Source: Candidatus Iainarchaeum sp.
GTDB taxonomy: Archaea > Nanobdellota > Nanobdellia > Pacearchaeales > GW2011-AR1
Length of the DNA stretch: 57,704 nucleotides
NCBI GenBank assembly: GCA_043815085.1
Contig: JBDRJG010000022.1
Coordinates: 1 to 57,704, forward strand
Reading direction: 5' to 3'
Positions within the stretch are counted from its first letter, which is position 1. Every line of letters begins with the position of its first letter. The position numbers and the translations under genes are program-made. Shown one piece after another: positions 27,162 to 36,900 of the stretch. The notes beneath the pieces are model-generated. The model made no database searches. It was not told the origin of the DNA and saw only the letters and a program-made list of their open reading frames with translations.

Positions 27162-27755
27162 ATGGGAAGTTTATTTAAGAGAGATTACTCGAAAAATCAT
27201 GAGAGATATATTAAAAGAAGAGAAAAATTGCAGAAGATGGATGATAATGAATTAAGTCTTGGAATTAAAAAATATAAAATTAAAGGGCGGAGTTCTTTGG
27301 GTTTGTTTAGTCTTGGTATTGGGGTTATGGTGGCCTCTTCTATTTTGAATGAAGGTAATTTTCATTATAAAAATGAATCTTTTAAGGAGTTAAATCAAGA
27401 ATATTTTGGGACTAAAAAGACTTTAGATTACTTAATGAAAGAAACAAAGAATTTAGAAAAATCCCTGAAGAATTATTATGTTTCTAACAAGGAGATAGAG
27501 AAATTAAAAGAACCTCTTTATTTAAATCTTGAAAAAAATAAAATTGCTATAAAAAATCTTGAAGAAGACGTAAAAATTATAGAAGAAGAAATAAAACCTT
27601 TTAAAAAAGAGAGAGGGGAACAAAGAAAGAAATCGGTTCCTTTTTATTTGGGAATTCTTGCAGGATTAGGAATTTTTATTGGGGGACAAAAGGCAATAGA
27701 GTTTTTTGAAGATAGAAAGAAGGAATATGAGGAGGAATTAAAATCTAGAAAATAA
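27162..27755 (+). CDS. Hypothetical membrane/coiled-coil protein
   Basis: 197 aa with two TM segments flanking a coiled-coil. It lies directly upstream of radA (6-nt gap). Confidence 0.45.
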   Translation: MGSLFKRDYSKNHERYIKRREKLQKMDDNELSLGIKKYKIKGRSSLGLFSLGIGVMVASSILNEGNFHYKNESFKELNQEYFGTKKTLDYLMKETKNLEKSLKNYYVSNKEIEKLKEPLYLNLEKNKIAIKNLEEDVKIIEEEIKPFKKERGEQRKKSVPFYLGILAGLGIFIGGQKAIEFFEDRKKEYEEELKSRK

Positions 27756-27760
27756 ATAAA

Positions 27761-28771
27761 ATGGCCATAAAGAAAGAAGATAGTGAAGATGAAGAAAAGA
27801 AAACTAAAAAAAAGGAGGGTCAAGAGTTGAGTTTAACTGATTTGCCTGGAATTGGGCCTGCTGTTGCTGCTAAATTAGAAGGGGCAGGAATTTTTGATTT
27901 AATGTCTTTAGCTGTCTCAAGTCCTGCTGTAATATCTGATGCTTCTGGGGTAAGTCCTGCTGTTGCAAGGAAAGCTATACAAGCTGCACGTGAGATGCTT
28001 GACTTAGGGTTTCAGGATGGAGTTGAATATGCACTGAGAAGGTCTAATGTTTCATATATAACAACTGGAAGTAAAAATTTTGATGATCTTTTGGGTGGAA
28101 GAGGAATTGAAAGTAGGGCAATTACAGAAGCTTTTGGAGCTTATGGTTCTGGAAAAACTCAACTGGGGTTGGTTTTGGCTGTTAGAGTTCAGTTGCCAGT
28201 TGAGCAAGGAGGAGCTAATGGAAAAGCGGTTTTTATAGATACAGAAGGAACATTTAGGCCTACGAGAATAAAACAAATTTCAGATGCTCTTGGCGCAAAT
28301 GCTGAAAAGGTTCTTAAAAATATTTTTGTTGCAAGAGCTTTTAATTCAGACCATCAAATGCTTCTTTTGGAAAAAATTAATGAGATGGTGAAATCAGGAG
28401 AGCCAATTAAAATTTTAATTATTGATTCTTTGACTGCACATTTTAGAGCAGAATTTGCTGGAAGAGGACAATTAGCAGACAGACAGCAGAAATTAAATAG
28501 ATACATGCATGATTTAATGAAGCTTGCCGAAACTTATAATCTTGCAGTTTATGTAACAAATCAGGTTATGACAAATCCTGCACAGATGTTTGGAGATCCA
28601 ACAACTGCAATCGGGGGGAATATTGTGGGGCATGCATCAACTTACAGGTTATATCTAAGAAGAGGAAAACAAGGTTCGAGAGTTGCGAAATTAATTGATT
28701 CTCCAAATCTTCCAGACAATGAAACTGTTTATTATGTAACTACAGGGGGCCTTAGTGATAAAGAGGAGTGA
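27761..28771 (+). CDS. radA: DNA repair and recombination protein RadA
   Basis: N-terminal HhH (LTDLPGIGPAVAAKLEGAG), Walker A GAYGSGKTQ, Walker B ILIIDS. Full-length RadA layout. Confidence 0.95.
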   Translation: MAIKKEDSEDEEKKTKKKEGQELSLTDLPGIGPAVAAKLEGAGIFDLMSLAVSSPAVISDASGVSPAVARKAIQAAREMLDLGFQDGVEYALRRSNVSYITTGSKNFDDLLGGRGIESRAITEAFGAYGSGKTQLGLVLAVRVQLPVEQGGANGKAVFIDTEGTFRPTRIKQISDALGANAEKVLKNIFVARAFNSDHQMLLLEKINEMVKSGEPIKILIIDSLTAHFRAEFAGRGQLADRQQKLNRYMHDLMKLAETYNLAVYVTNQVMTNPAQMFGDPTTAIGGNIVGHASTYRLYLRRGKQGSRVAKLIDSPNLPDNETVYYVTTGGLSDKEE

Positions 28772-28786
28772 GATTTTATTAATTCT

Positions 28787-29239
28787 TTATTCCACCAATT
28801 CGTCTTCATCAAACCATATTGCAATTTCTTTTTCGCTGTTTTCAGGAGAATCTGAAACATGAATTACATTATCAAAATTATTTGTTTTAGAGTTTACTTT
28901 TCCATATCTTCCTCTCAATGTTGAGGGTTCTGCTTCATCTGGATTAGTTTTTCCCGTATATGCTCTCAATTTTTTTATAGCATCTTCTCCTTCGTAAGCA
29001 ATTGCAATTATTGAATTAATCTCATGTAATTCTCCAAGAATATATTTTAACAAATCAGGATAAAAAGGTTTTTCTTTGTGATCTGAATAGTGTTTTTCAG
29101 CAAGGTGCTTCTTAACACCTACTAGTTTTAATCCAATCATCTTAAGATTTAATTGTGAGAGGTCATGAATAATTATTCCTGCAAGCTGTTTTGCCATTGC
29201 ATCTGGCTTTATCAAAACTAAAACTTTTTCATTTGACAT
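28787..29239 (-). CDS. ndk: Nucleoside diphosphate kinase
   Basis: LVLIKPDAM at the N-terminus and active-site NVIHVSDS. Confidence 0.9.
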   Translation of the reverse strand: MSNEKVLVLIKPDAMAKQLAGIIIHDLSQLNLKMIGLKLVGVKKHLAEKHYSDHKEKPFYPDLLKYILGELHEINSIIAIAYEGEDAIKKLRAYTGKTNPDEAEPSTLRGRYGKVNSKTNNFDNVIHVSDSPENSEKEIAIWFDEDELVE

Positions 29240-29278
29240 ATTTTATATTTTTACAATATAGTTTAAAAAGATTTGTTT

Positions 29279-29343
29279 TAGTAAAACATATAAAGTATAT
29301 ATTAATAAAAAGTATAATAGTAAAACATATAAAGTATATATTA
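29279..29343. repeat. Two direct copies of a 26-mer (TAGTAAAACATATAAAGTATATATTA) at 29279-29304 and 29318-29343
   Basis: Read directly from the sequence. Each copy contains a TATA-like AAGTATATATTA. Confidence 0.9.
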
Positions 29344-29357
29344 GACTATATATAATA
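29313..29357 (+). repeat. 45-nt promoter/5' cassette, copy A (identical to 30911-30955)
   Basis: TATAATAGTAAAACATATAAAGTATATATTAGACTATATATAATA, aligned by hand with no mismatch. Ends 4 nt before ATG 29362. Confidence 0.9.
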
Positions 29358-29361
29358 GAAG

Positions 29362-30792
29362 ATGGGTGATAAAAGAAGGATATTCATATTAGAATTTTTA
29401 TTTTTAGGTTTACTTTTAGTATTGTTTAATTTACAAATTATATCTGCTAATTCAATAGCTACAGGTGTTTATTTTCAAGGAAATGTTACTGCTAATTATG
29501 ATGAGGGAGGAGTTCTTTTGGTTAATTGGACTGCAGCAGGAAGTGCTGCAGGAAATTATACTGTGTATTTGTGGATGAATAATAATTTTGTAAATGTGAC
29601 AGAGTATGTTAATAACAGTGCAACCGGTTATTCTTGGGGGGCGAATACCACAGAAGCAAACTATACTTTTACTGTCGAAGCAGTAACTGCAGCTAATGCA
29701 ACAGGAACCAATGCAACAAATGTATCTATGTATGTAGATAGAACAGTTCCATTAGTAAATTGGACAGGTTCAGGGTATAATAATGTAACTTATAAAAAGA
29801 GTACAGATTATCTTACACTTAATATTTCAGTCGGGGATGTTCTTTCTGGGGCGGCTAGTGGAAATTCTTATTGCGTCTTTAACATTAGTGGAACAAATGA
29901 AACTGTTGCTGTTTCAAATGGTTGGTGTAATACTACTTATTTGAATTTAACTGGACTTTCTGATGGAAACCATACAATTGATGTTTGGGCAAATGATACT
30001 GTTAATAATGTTGGAGTTAATCTTTCATTTTATGTTGTGTGGGTAGATACCACTGCACCTCCAGCACCCACATTTAGTTGCACACCCGCTTCTGTTTATG
30101 CTGCAGAAACAATTACATGTTCATGTTCTGGTACAGATGCAGGTTCAGGGGTTAATTCCACTTCTTACACTGTAAATCCTTCAACAGCTGTAACAGGAAC
30201 CTTTGATACGTCTTGCAATATCACAGATAATGCAGTTAATTCAGTAAGTTCATCAATTTCTTATGTTGTTGGAGGTATAAAGGGCAGTAGCAGTTCTTCT
30301 TCATCAACTTTTACTTGGAAAATTACTTATGCAGAAGATGATAAAGAATTAGAAGATAAAGAAGAGATTTCAAAACTTCTTGGAGCTAAAACAAGAGTGA
30401 GATTAAAGATTGATGGAAAAATTCATTATGTTGGGGTTAATAGTCTAACCACCACAACAGCCACACTAAATATTTCATCTACTCCTCAAAGTGCAACACT
30501 TTCTATTGGAGATATTAAGAAATTTGAGGTTACAGGGGATGATTTTTATGATTTGCAAGTAATATTGAATTCAATAGATTCAAATAAGGCTAATCTCACT
30601 ATCCAGTCAATTCATGAAGAAATAACAGCTGAAGCAGAAGCAGAAGAAGAAGAAGAAACTTCTGCACAAGGAGAAACTTCTGCAGAAGAAGAAAAAGAGA
30701 AAGAAAATAAAAATTTGCTGTGGTTGTATATAATTTTAGGTATTTTAGTAATTGCAGTTGTAGGATATTTCTTTTGGAAAAAGAAAAAATAA
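29362..30792 (+). CDS. Secreted, sequon-dense surface (S-layer-like/adhesin) protein with C-terminal TM anchor
   Basis: Signal peptide MGDKRRIFILEFLFLGLLLVLFNLQIISA. Very many N-x-S/T sequons and Ig-like repeats (DAGSGVNSTSY). The C-terminal module is shared with the 2086-aa protein. Confidence 0.6.
   Translation: MGDKRRIFILEFLFLGLLLVLFNLQIISANSIATGVYFQGNVTANYDEGGVLLVNWTAAGSAAGNYTVYLWMNNNFVNVTEYVNNSATGYSWGANTTEANYTFTVEAVTAANATGTNATNVSMYVDRTVPLVNWTGSGYNNVTYKKSTDYLTLNISVGDVLSGAASGNSYCVFNISGTNETVAVSNGWCNTTYLNLTGLSDGNHTIDVWANDTVNNVGVNLSFYVVWVDTTAPPAPTFSCTPASVYAAETITCSCSGTDAGSGVNSTSYTVNPSTAVTGTFDTSCNITDNAVNSVSSSISYVVGGIKGSSSSSSSTFTWKITYAEDDKELEDKEEISKLLGAKTRVRLKIDGKIHYVGVNSLTTTTATLNISSTPQSATLSIGDIKKFEVTGDDFYDLQVILNSIDSNKANLTIQSIHEEITAEAEAEEEEETSAQGETSAEEEKEKENKNLLWLYIILGILVIAVVGYFFWKKKK
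30686..30780 (+). repeat. 95-nt 3' cassette, copy A (identical to 37111-37205)
   Basis: Hand alignment shows no mismatch. Encodes ...EEKEKENKNLLWLYIILGILVIAVVGYFFWK. Confidence 0.9.
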
Positions 30793-30910
30793 AATCTTTT
30801 TTCAAACCTATTTTGATTTAATTATTAAGACTAAAACTTTTTCCATAATTACTTTTTTACAATAGAATTTAAAAAGATTTGTTTTTAAAAGGTTTTGTTT
30901 TATTAAAATA

Positions 30911-30955
30911 TATAATAGTAAAACATATAAAGTATATATTAGACTATATATAATA
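30911..30955 (+). repeat. 45-nt promoter/5' cassette, copy B
   Basis: Identical to 29313-29357. Ends 4 nt before ATG 30960. The upstream ~30 nt (30854-30886) also resembles 29246-29280. Confidence 0.9.
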
Positions 30956-30959
30956 AAAG

Positions 30960-33900
30960 ATGGGCGATAAAAGGGGAGTATTTCTATTAGGGTTTGTTCT
31001 AGTGTTTTTTGTCTTGTTTGTTGGGGATTTTGTTTCTGCTTATTGTTGGGATTATAATGATGACCAAATTACTTGTGATGCTCAATCAGATTGTAGGTAT
31101 CATTCTGAATCTTGGGGGGGTTGGTGTGAAGAATTAAATTGCTGGAGTTTGTCTTCTACAGAATGTACTAACACAACATTAACCACTGCTATAGATAAAA
31201 ATTGTCAGTGGAAAAATCCAAATGATTATGGATGGTGCAGTCAGAAAAGTTGCTGGAGTTTTAAGGGAACTAATTCAACTTATTGTGGGAATGTTTCTGA
31301 TCATGGATTAAATTGTGAATGGAGAGCTCAGTGTAATGGTTGGAATCCAGATACTAATTGTTGGGATTTAACAACCCAAAATACGTGTAATAATATTTCT
31401 GGATGTTATTGGGGAGAATGTGCTGATAAAGGATGTTGGAATTATTGGGATGAAACAACTATAGATTCAAATGGGTATGTTTGTGGCAATGCTACTGGTT
31501 CAAGAGGATTGTCTTGCTTATGGAATTCTGGTTCTAATTATTGTTATGAACCTTCTTGTTGGGATTATGGAGGGTCAAGTTCAAATGAATCTTATTGTGA
31601 AGATTTTGCTGCAAGAGGAATAAACTGCACATGGATAAATAATTATTATGTTAAAGATTCTTGTGAAGAGGCTTCTTGTTGGCATTATGATTATACTAAT
31701 GAAACTTGGTGTGAAAATTCTACAAGAAGTGGTTTAAATTGTTCTTGGAGTAATAGTAGTTCAATGTGTATGATGACTGGATGTTGGAATTATGCGAGCC
31801 AAGGTGCTTGTCAAGGAGATTCTGCTTGTGTTTGGGGAACTTCAACAGGTTCTGGATGGTGTGAAGAAATTCAATGTTGGAGTTATGATACTTGGAGTGG
31901 AGGGAATTATACTTTTTGTGTGAATTCAACTTTAAACAACGGTCTGACTTGTCAGTGGACAAATGATACTTATAGTGAGACAGAGTTTGCTGGGTGGTGT
32001 AAACCTGTTCTTACTGAATCTTGTGCAAATTTTACCTCGGAAAGAGATTGTATGGATTCTTATTGGTGTTGGTGGGAATATGTTAATTGGAATAATGTTT
32101 CTTTAGGTGGAATTTGTAAAGACCCTATGTGGACAGAGGAAGGACTGACTTCTGCTGATGATATATTTATTGAATGGAATCCTGGATGTTATATTTTTGA
32201 TATGAATGCAACAGAGTGTAATTATACTGTTGGATGTAATTATAGTAATAGCTTATGCAATGTTGTGGGTAATGAAGATAATTTAATCTTTAATATAACT
32301 GCAGATGATATTAATACAAATGGAATTAATTGTTCTTTGATTAATAATTCTCAATTGTGTACAAATATTCCTGCACTTTCAACTTGTTGTGAATGGAGTG
32401 GTGTAGATTGCACTTCTAAATTAGGAAAATCTTGTTGGGAAAACGCTGATAGAGAGCAACAGAGTTTAGGAGTAACTGCTTGTGGAGATGTTGGTGTTCA
32501 AACTTCAAATGCCAATGAAGGTGAAACTTTATGTCAACAAATTACAGGTTATCCATTATATATGCCTTGTAATTGGACGAATGCTACTAAAACATGTGAT
32601 TTCAAGGCAAGTGATGTGTTTGGAAATCGAACACAAAGTTTTGCATTAATTGATAATAAGAAGAATTGTGATGCTTCTGGTGGAAAATGGATTCAGGAAT
32701 TTTATTGTGAAGGAAATCGTTCTGTTCCTGCTGGAAGATGTGAACAAAAAGGAACTGATGAGAGAAACTGTAACAAAGCATGTTTTGCTTGTGAATATGA
32801 TTTTAATGGTGCTCCGCACAATTCAAGCAATGTAGCAAAGGAATATTGTTATGATTCTAATCTAGGTTATTGTGAATTTATTACAGATACTTCTGCTCCA
32901 AATGGTTTTGGGTTTTGTAAATCAAAAGAGGAATTTGTAAATGGAATTGCAGGAGATTGTAGATATGATTGTGGGGATTGCACTTATTATGGAAATCCTA
33001 ATGCTTCAACTTATTCAGATGCAAGGCCAGATTTAATTCCATCTATTCCTACAACTTTTGATATTTGTAATACTCCTAAATGCTATTGTGGTTATGCAAA
33101 AGAATTTAATAATGTTACTTGTAAATGGGTTGTTGATTCTGCTTCAACTGAAATTGGAGGTTATTGTGTAGCCAGTTCTGAGAAAACTTGCGAGGATTCA
33201 TGTGATAGATGTTATACACAAGATAATTGCCTTGATAATGGAAGAAGCTCTCTCAATGCATCTGGTTCTTGTGAATGGGCTAATGATGCCTGTACAAAAC
33301 GGTCAGGAGGAGATGGAGTTACAGAAATTTGTTGGGATGGTATTGATAATGATGGAGATAATTTAATTGATTGTGGTGATTCAGGATGTTTTGCTGATTC
33401 ATTTTGTGGTTTTGTTTCAGGAGATTGTTTTGGATGGACAACTCAGGCAACTTGTGAGGCTTCTCAGTTAGATAGTGGGCTTAATTGTTCTTGGATAACA
33501 GACCCTTGGGGGAGCTGGTGTGATTTTCCAGGAGCTGATTGTTGGAAGAGTGATGGAAATGCAACAGCATGTAATTTAAAGAACATAAGTTGTGATTGGT
33601 CTGGAGGAACTGGTTCTGGTTGGTGTGAGCAAGATTGGAGTGTTGGACAAGATTGTTATAATCTTTTAAGTGAAACAGCTTGTGATGTTGAAGGTTGCAC
33701 GTGGACAAATGATACTTGGTGCTCTGGAGAGGGTGCTGATAATGAATGGTGTTTGAATTCTGCAGGAGGTTGGTGTGACCCTGATGCTTTTGCTCCTAAG
33801 AATTGTTATCAATATACTGATAATATAACTGTTATTAGTAGTTATGTTTGTGGAAATAAGACAGGATGTTATTGGAGTGGTAGTTATTGTATGGAAGAAG

Positions 33901-36900
33901 GATGTTGGAATTTTGATGGTAATAGCACTCTTTGTAATCAACAATCTAATTGTGCTTGGGAGTATAGTGATTGGCAGGGGTGCCAAGTAGATTGGAGTGG
34001 AAATTGTTGGAATTTTGGTGCTAATGAATCTTATTGTCAGGATAATGGGTGTGCTTGGAGAAATGATAGTTATAATCCTGTTGGTTGGTGTGATAATAAT
34101 GTTAGTAAATGTTGGGATTATATTACTAATGCTACATGTGGTGTAGATAGTAATTGTATGTGGAATTCAGAGATGTGGAATTGGAGAACAGAGAGTTATG
34201 GTTCTTGTGATGCTGCTTGTTATAATAGTAATTTGACTTCATCTCAGTGTGGGGTTCTTACTGGTTGTAGATGGAATGATGGCTGGTGTATGAGTAATGC
34301 AACTTATGGGGGAGGTACAGGAGGAATTGATTGTTGGCAGTATGCAGATAATACAACTATTATTGGCACTTTTGTTTGTGGTAATGCTACTGGATGTAAA
34401 TGGAAAAATGATGGTTGGTGTGATCCAAAAGGTTTTTCAGGAGGAGGATGTGCAACAGGAATGGGGGGAGGAGCACAAACAGGCATGGAGTGTTGGAAAT
34501 ATGATGGAAATCAAACACGATGCACTAATTCTTCTGATATTAATATAAGTTGTATATGGATGCCAGAGTTAAGACCATTCTGCGAACCAGACTGGAGTTC
34601 TGATTGTTGGAAATATTATGATAATATAACTATAGATAGTGCAGGGTATGCTTGTGGAAATGTTAGTGGTTGTTATTGGCAAAATACAAGCGAGGTTCAG
34701 GGATATTGTGCAAATGTATTTGACCAGTGTTGGAATTCAACTTATTCAGATGGAGCAAATAATGATACAGCAGAATGTGATGCTAATCCAAATTGTAATT
34801 GGACAACTGGTTCTTGGGATACTTATTATCAAGGAACTGGTTGGTGTGAGCCAAGTTGTTTTTCTGCTACAACAGAAGCAGGTTGCACTGGAAGTTGCAG
34901 ATGGATGAGTGGTTGGTGTAATACTCCTGGAATGTATAATATGTTTGGAGGAATGGAGACTGGAGCTCCTGTTATGATTGCTGTGGATGCTATAGGAGAT
35001 AATACAACATCAGGAGAATATCTTGATTTAATGGGTATGGGGATGAGAGATATGGAGGGTAGTTTTGGATTTGCATCTGGAACTCGGAATTTTGCAGATG
35101 CAGGAATTTGTAATAATGAAAAAATAGGATTTAGTTTTGGAGGAACAAATAATTTTGGAAAAGGAAATGCAACTGTTAGATATTATGTTTATTTAGATAC
35201 AGATGGAAGCACAACAGGTGGATGCGCTTTAAGCGATGATTCATCTGTAGTAGGTTATGAGTTTTTCTTTAAATATATTTCAACTTATAATACTACTTTA
35301 GGAAAAGCAACAGAGACATTTAATGCACAGAAGTGTGGTTCAAGCGGATGGGTGACTGCAGATATAAGTTTAAATGCTTGGAAAGAAAAAATGTGCGGAG
35401 AAATACAAGGACCAATGATTGCTGTTGATAAAGCAGCTTTAGAAAAATTTCCAAGCTTATATAATGCAGAGAAAGATATGAGGGTTTATGTTTCTATTGC
35501 AGGAGCAGATAATAATGCGACTTCTCCTTCAGATATTGCAGGACCTGGATGGGTGACTCCTGGAGCAATTGATTTCTCAATAACAGGGTTCTTTGATTTG
35601 GGAGCCAGTGGTGCGACATTTGAAAAGATACTTATGGGAGGGGGGTTTGTTAAATATGAAGATTGTTATAATATTGTGGATGATGATGGGGATGGATTAG
35701 TTGATTGTGCTGATTGGGATTGTGAATTTACACCTCATTGTGAGAGTTCTGGAGTTAATGTTGTGGGATATGCTGATACTTCAATGCCAAGAATTACTGG
35801 AGTAAAGGTGGAGGAATATACTGATGCTGCTTTGATTTTTTATACTACAAACAAACCAACAAATGGAACATTAACTTTCTGGCATAATGATTCAACATGT
35901 AGTGTAAATAATACTATGAGTAGAACAATTGATGATTCAACTGTATTAACTAGTGTAAGAAACTTTACTTTATGGCATGATGCACATATATATAATGATA
36001 CGGGAGTTGATTCTCTTGATTATAATTTAAGTAACGATACTACTTATTATTACAAGTTAAAGGTGTGTGATTCAGGCAATAAATGTAGTGTAAGTGCTTG
36101 TTCTTCACTTAGAACAGCGAGTTCAATTAAATGTGGATATTGTAATTTTGTCACAATAATCTCTCCTCCTTTAGGATGGCAGGTTAGTTATGACTTGAAT
36201 ACTGATGGTCTTTATGAGCATAAACAGGGATTAATGTGCGGACCAAGTGCAGGGATGAAAACAAATTATTCTTCTGGAAGGAGAGCTAATATTAAACTGA
36301 ATAATTCTGATGGGGCTGAGATGTTGTTTTACAATGTAACTCTGACTAAGACTGGCTTAACTGGCGATACAAGGACTATAAATACAGCAGGAGATTTAAT
36401 CTATGATGGCGCTCAAACAAATAGTGCTGGAGAAACTGTTGAATTAGTTGGTATGATTGCAGAGACAAGAGACAAGATAATTAATAATTTACATCCAGAA
36501 GTTTGTAAGATTTTAATCCCTAATGATGATTGTGGTGAGTTGTGGCACTGTGATGATTCAGGAGCTAATTGTCAAAGAAGAGATAATGCAACAACAGATG
36601 CTCCAACAGGAGTAGTAAGTGGAACGTCTTGTTTGTGGACAATTCCTTATTGTGAATTTTCTACATGGGCTTCTGGCCAACCAGGAGATACTGTAACTAC
36701 AACTCCGCCAACTACTTCTGGAAGTGGGGGGAGTAGTGGAGGAGGTTCCTCTGGAGGAGGAGCAACTTATATTGTTTCAGAAAGCCAGTTAACAAATGGG
36801 CATAGTCAAGAATTAGCTCTAAATGCACGATTTAAAATGACTGTTCTTAATTCAACACATTATATGAAATTAATTGAATTAACTGAAAACACCGCTACAA

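Noticed and set aside
27061-27255. A 64-aa plus-strand ORF bridging the RPA-like stop and the next gene.
   Set aside because: It is out of frame with the better-supported 27162 start, which has a TATA box at the canonical distance. The product is hydrophobic junk.
30630-30700. GAA/GCA-rich short tandem repeats (also at 37070-37130), considered as a microsatellite or CRISPR-like repeat.
   Set aside because: They encode the acidic EAEAEEEEE linkers of the shared anchor module. There is no repeat-spacer periodicity and no cas genes.
5613-31040. Whether the K-R-G + hydrophobic N-termini of the big exoproteins (MKRG/FGIFVF..., MGDKRG/VFLLGF...) are class III signals making them pilus- or bindosome-like substrates.
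   Set aside because: Both h-regions end in a canonical signal-peptidase I site (FVSA), and the proteins also carry C-terminal TM anchors, so ordinary Sec signal peptides are the simpler reading. FlaFind could re-open this.
31720-34908. Seven 60-106 aa ORFs, antisense or off-frame, inside the 2086-aa gene (for example 33666-33986 minus and 34639-34908 plus).
   Set aside because: All lie entirely within a long, coherent repeat-coding frame. Their products are low-complexity mirrors of TGT/TGG/AAT-rich codons, and they have no start context or TATA box.
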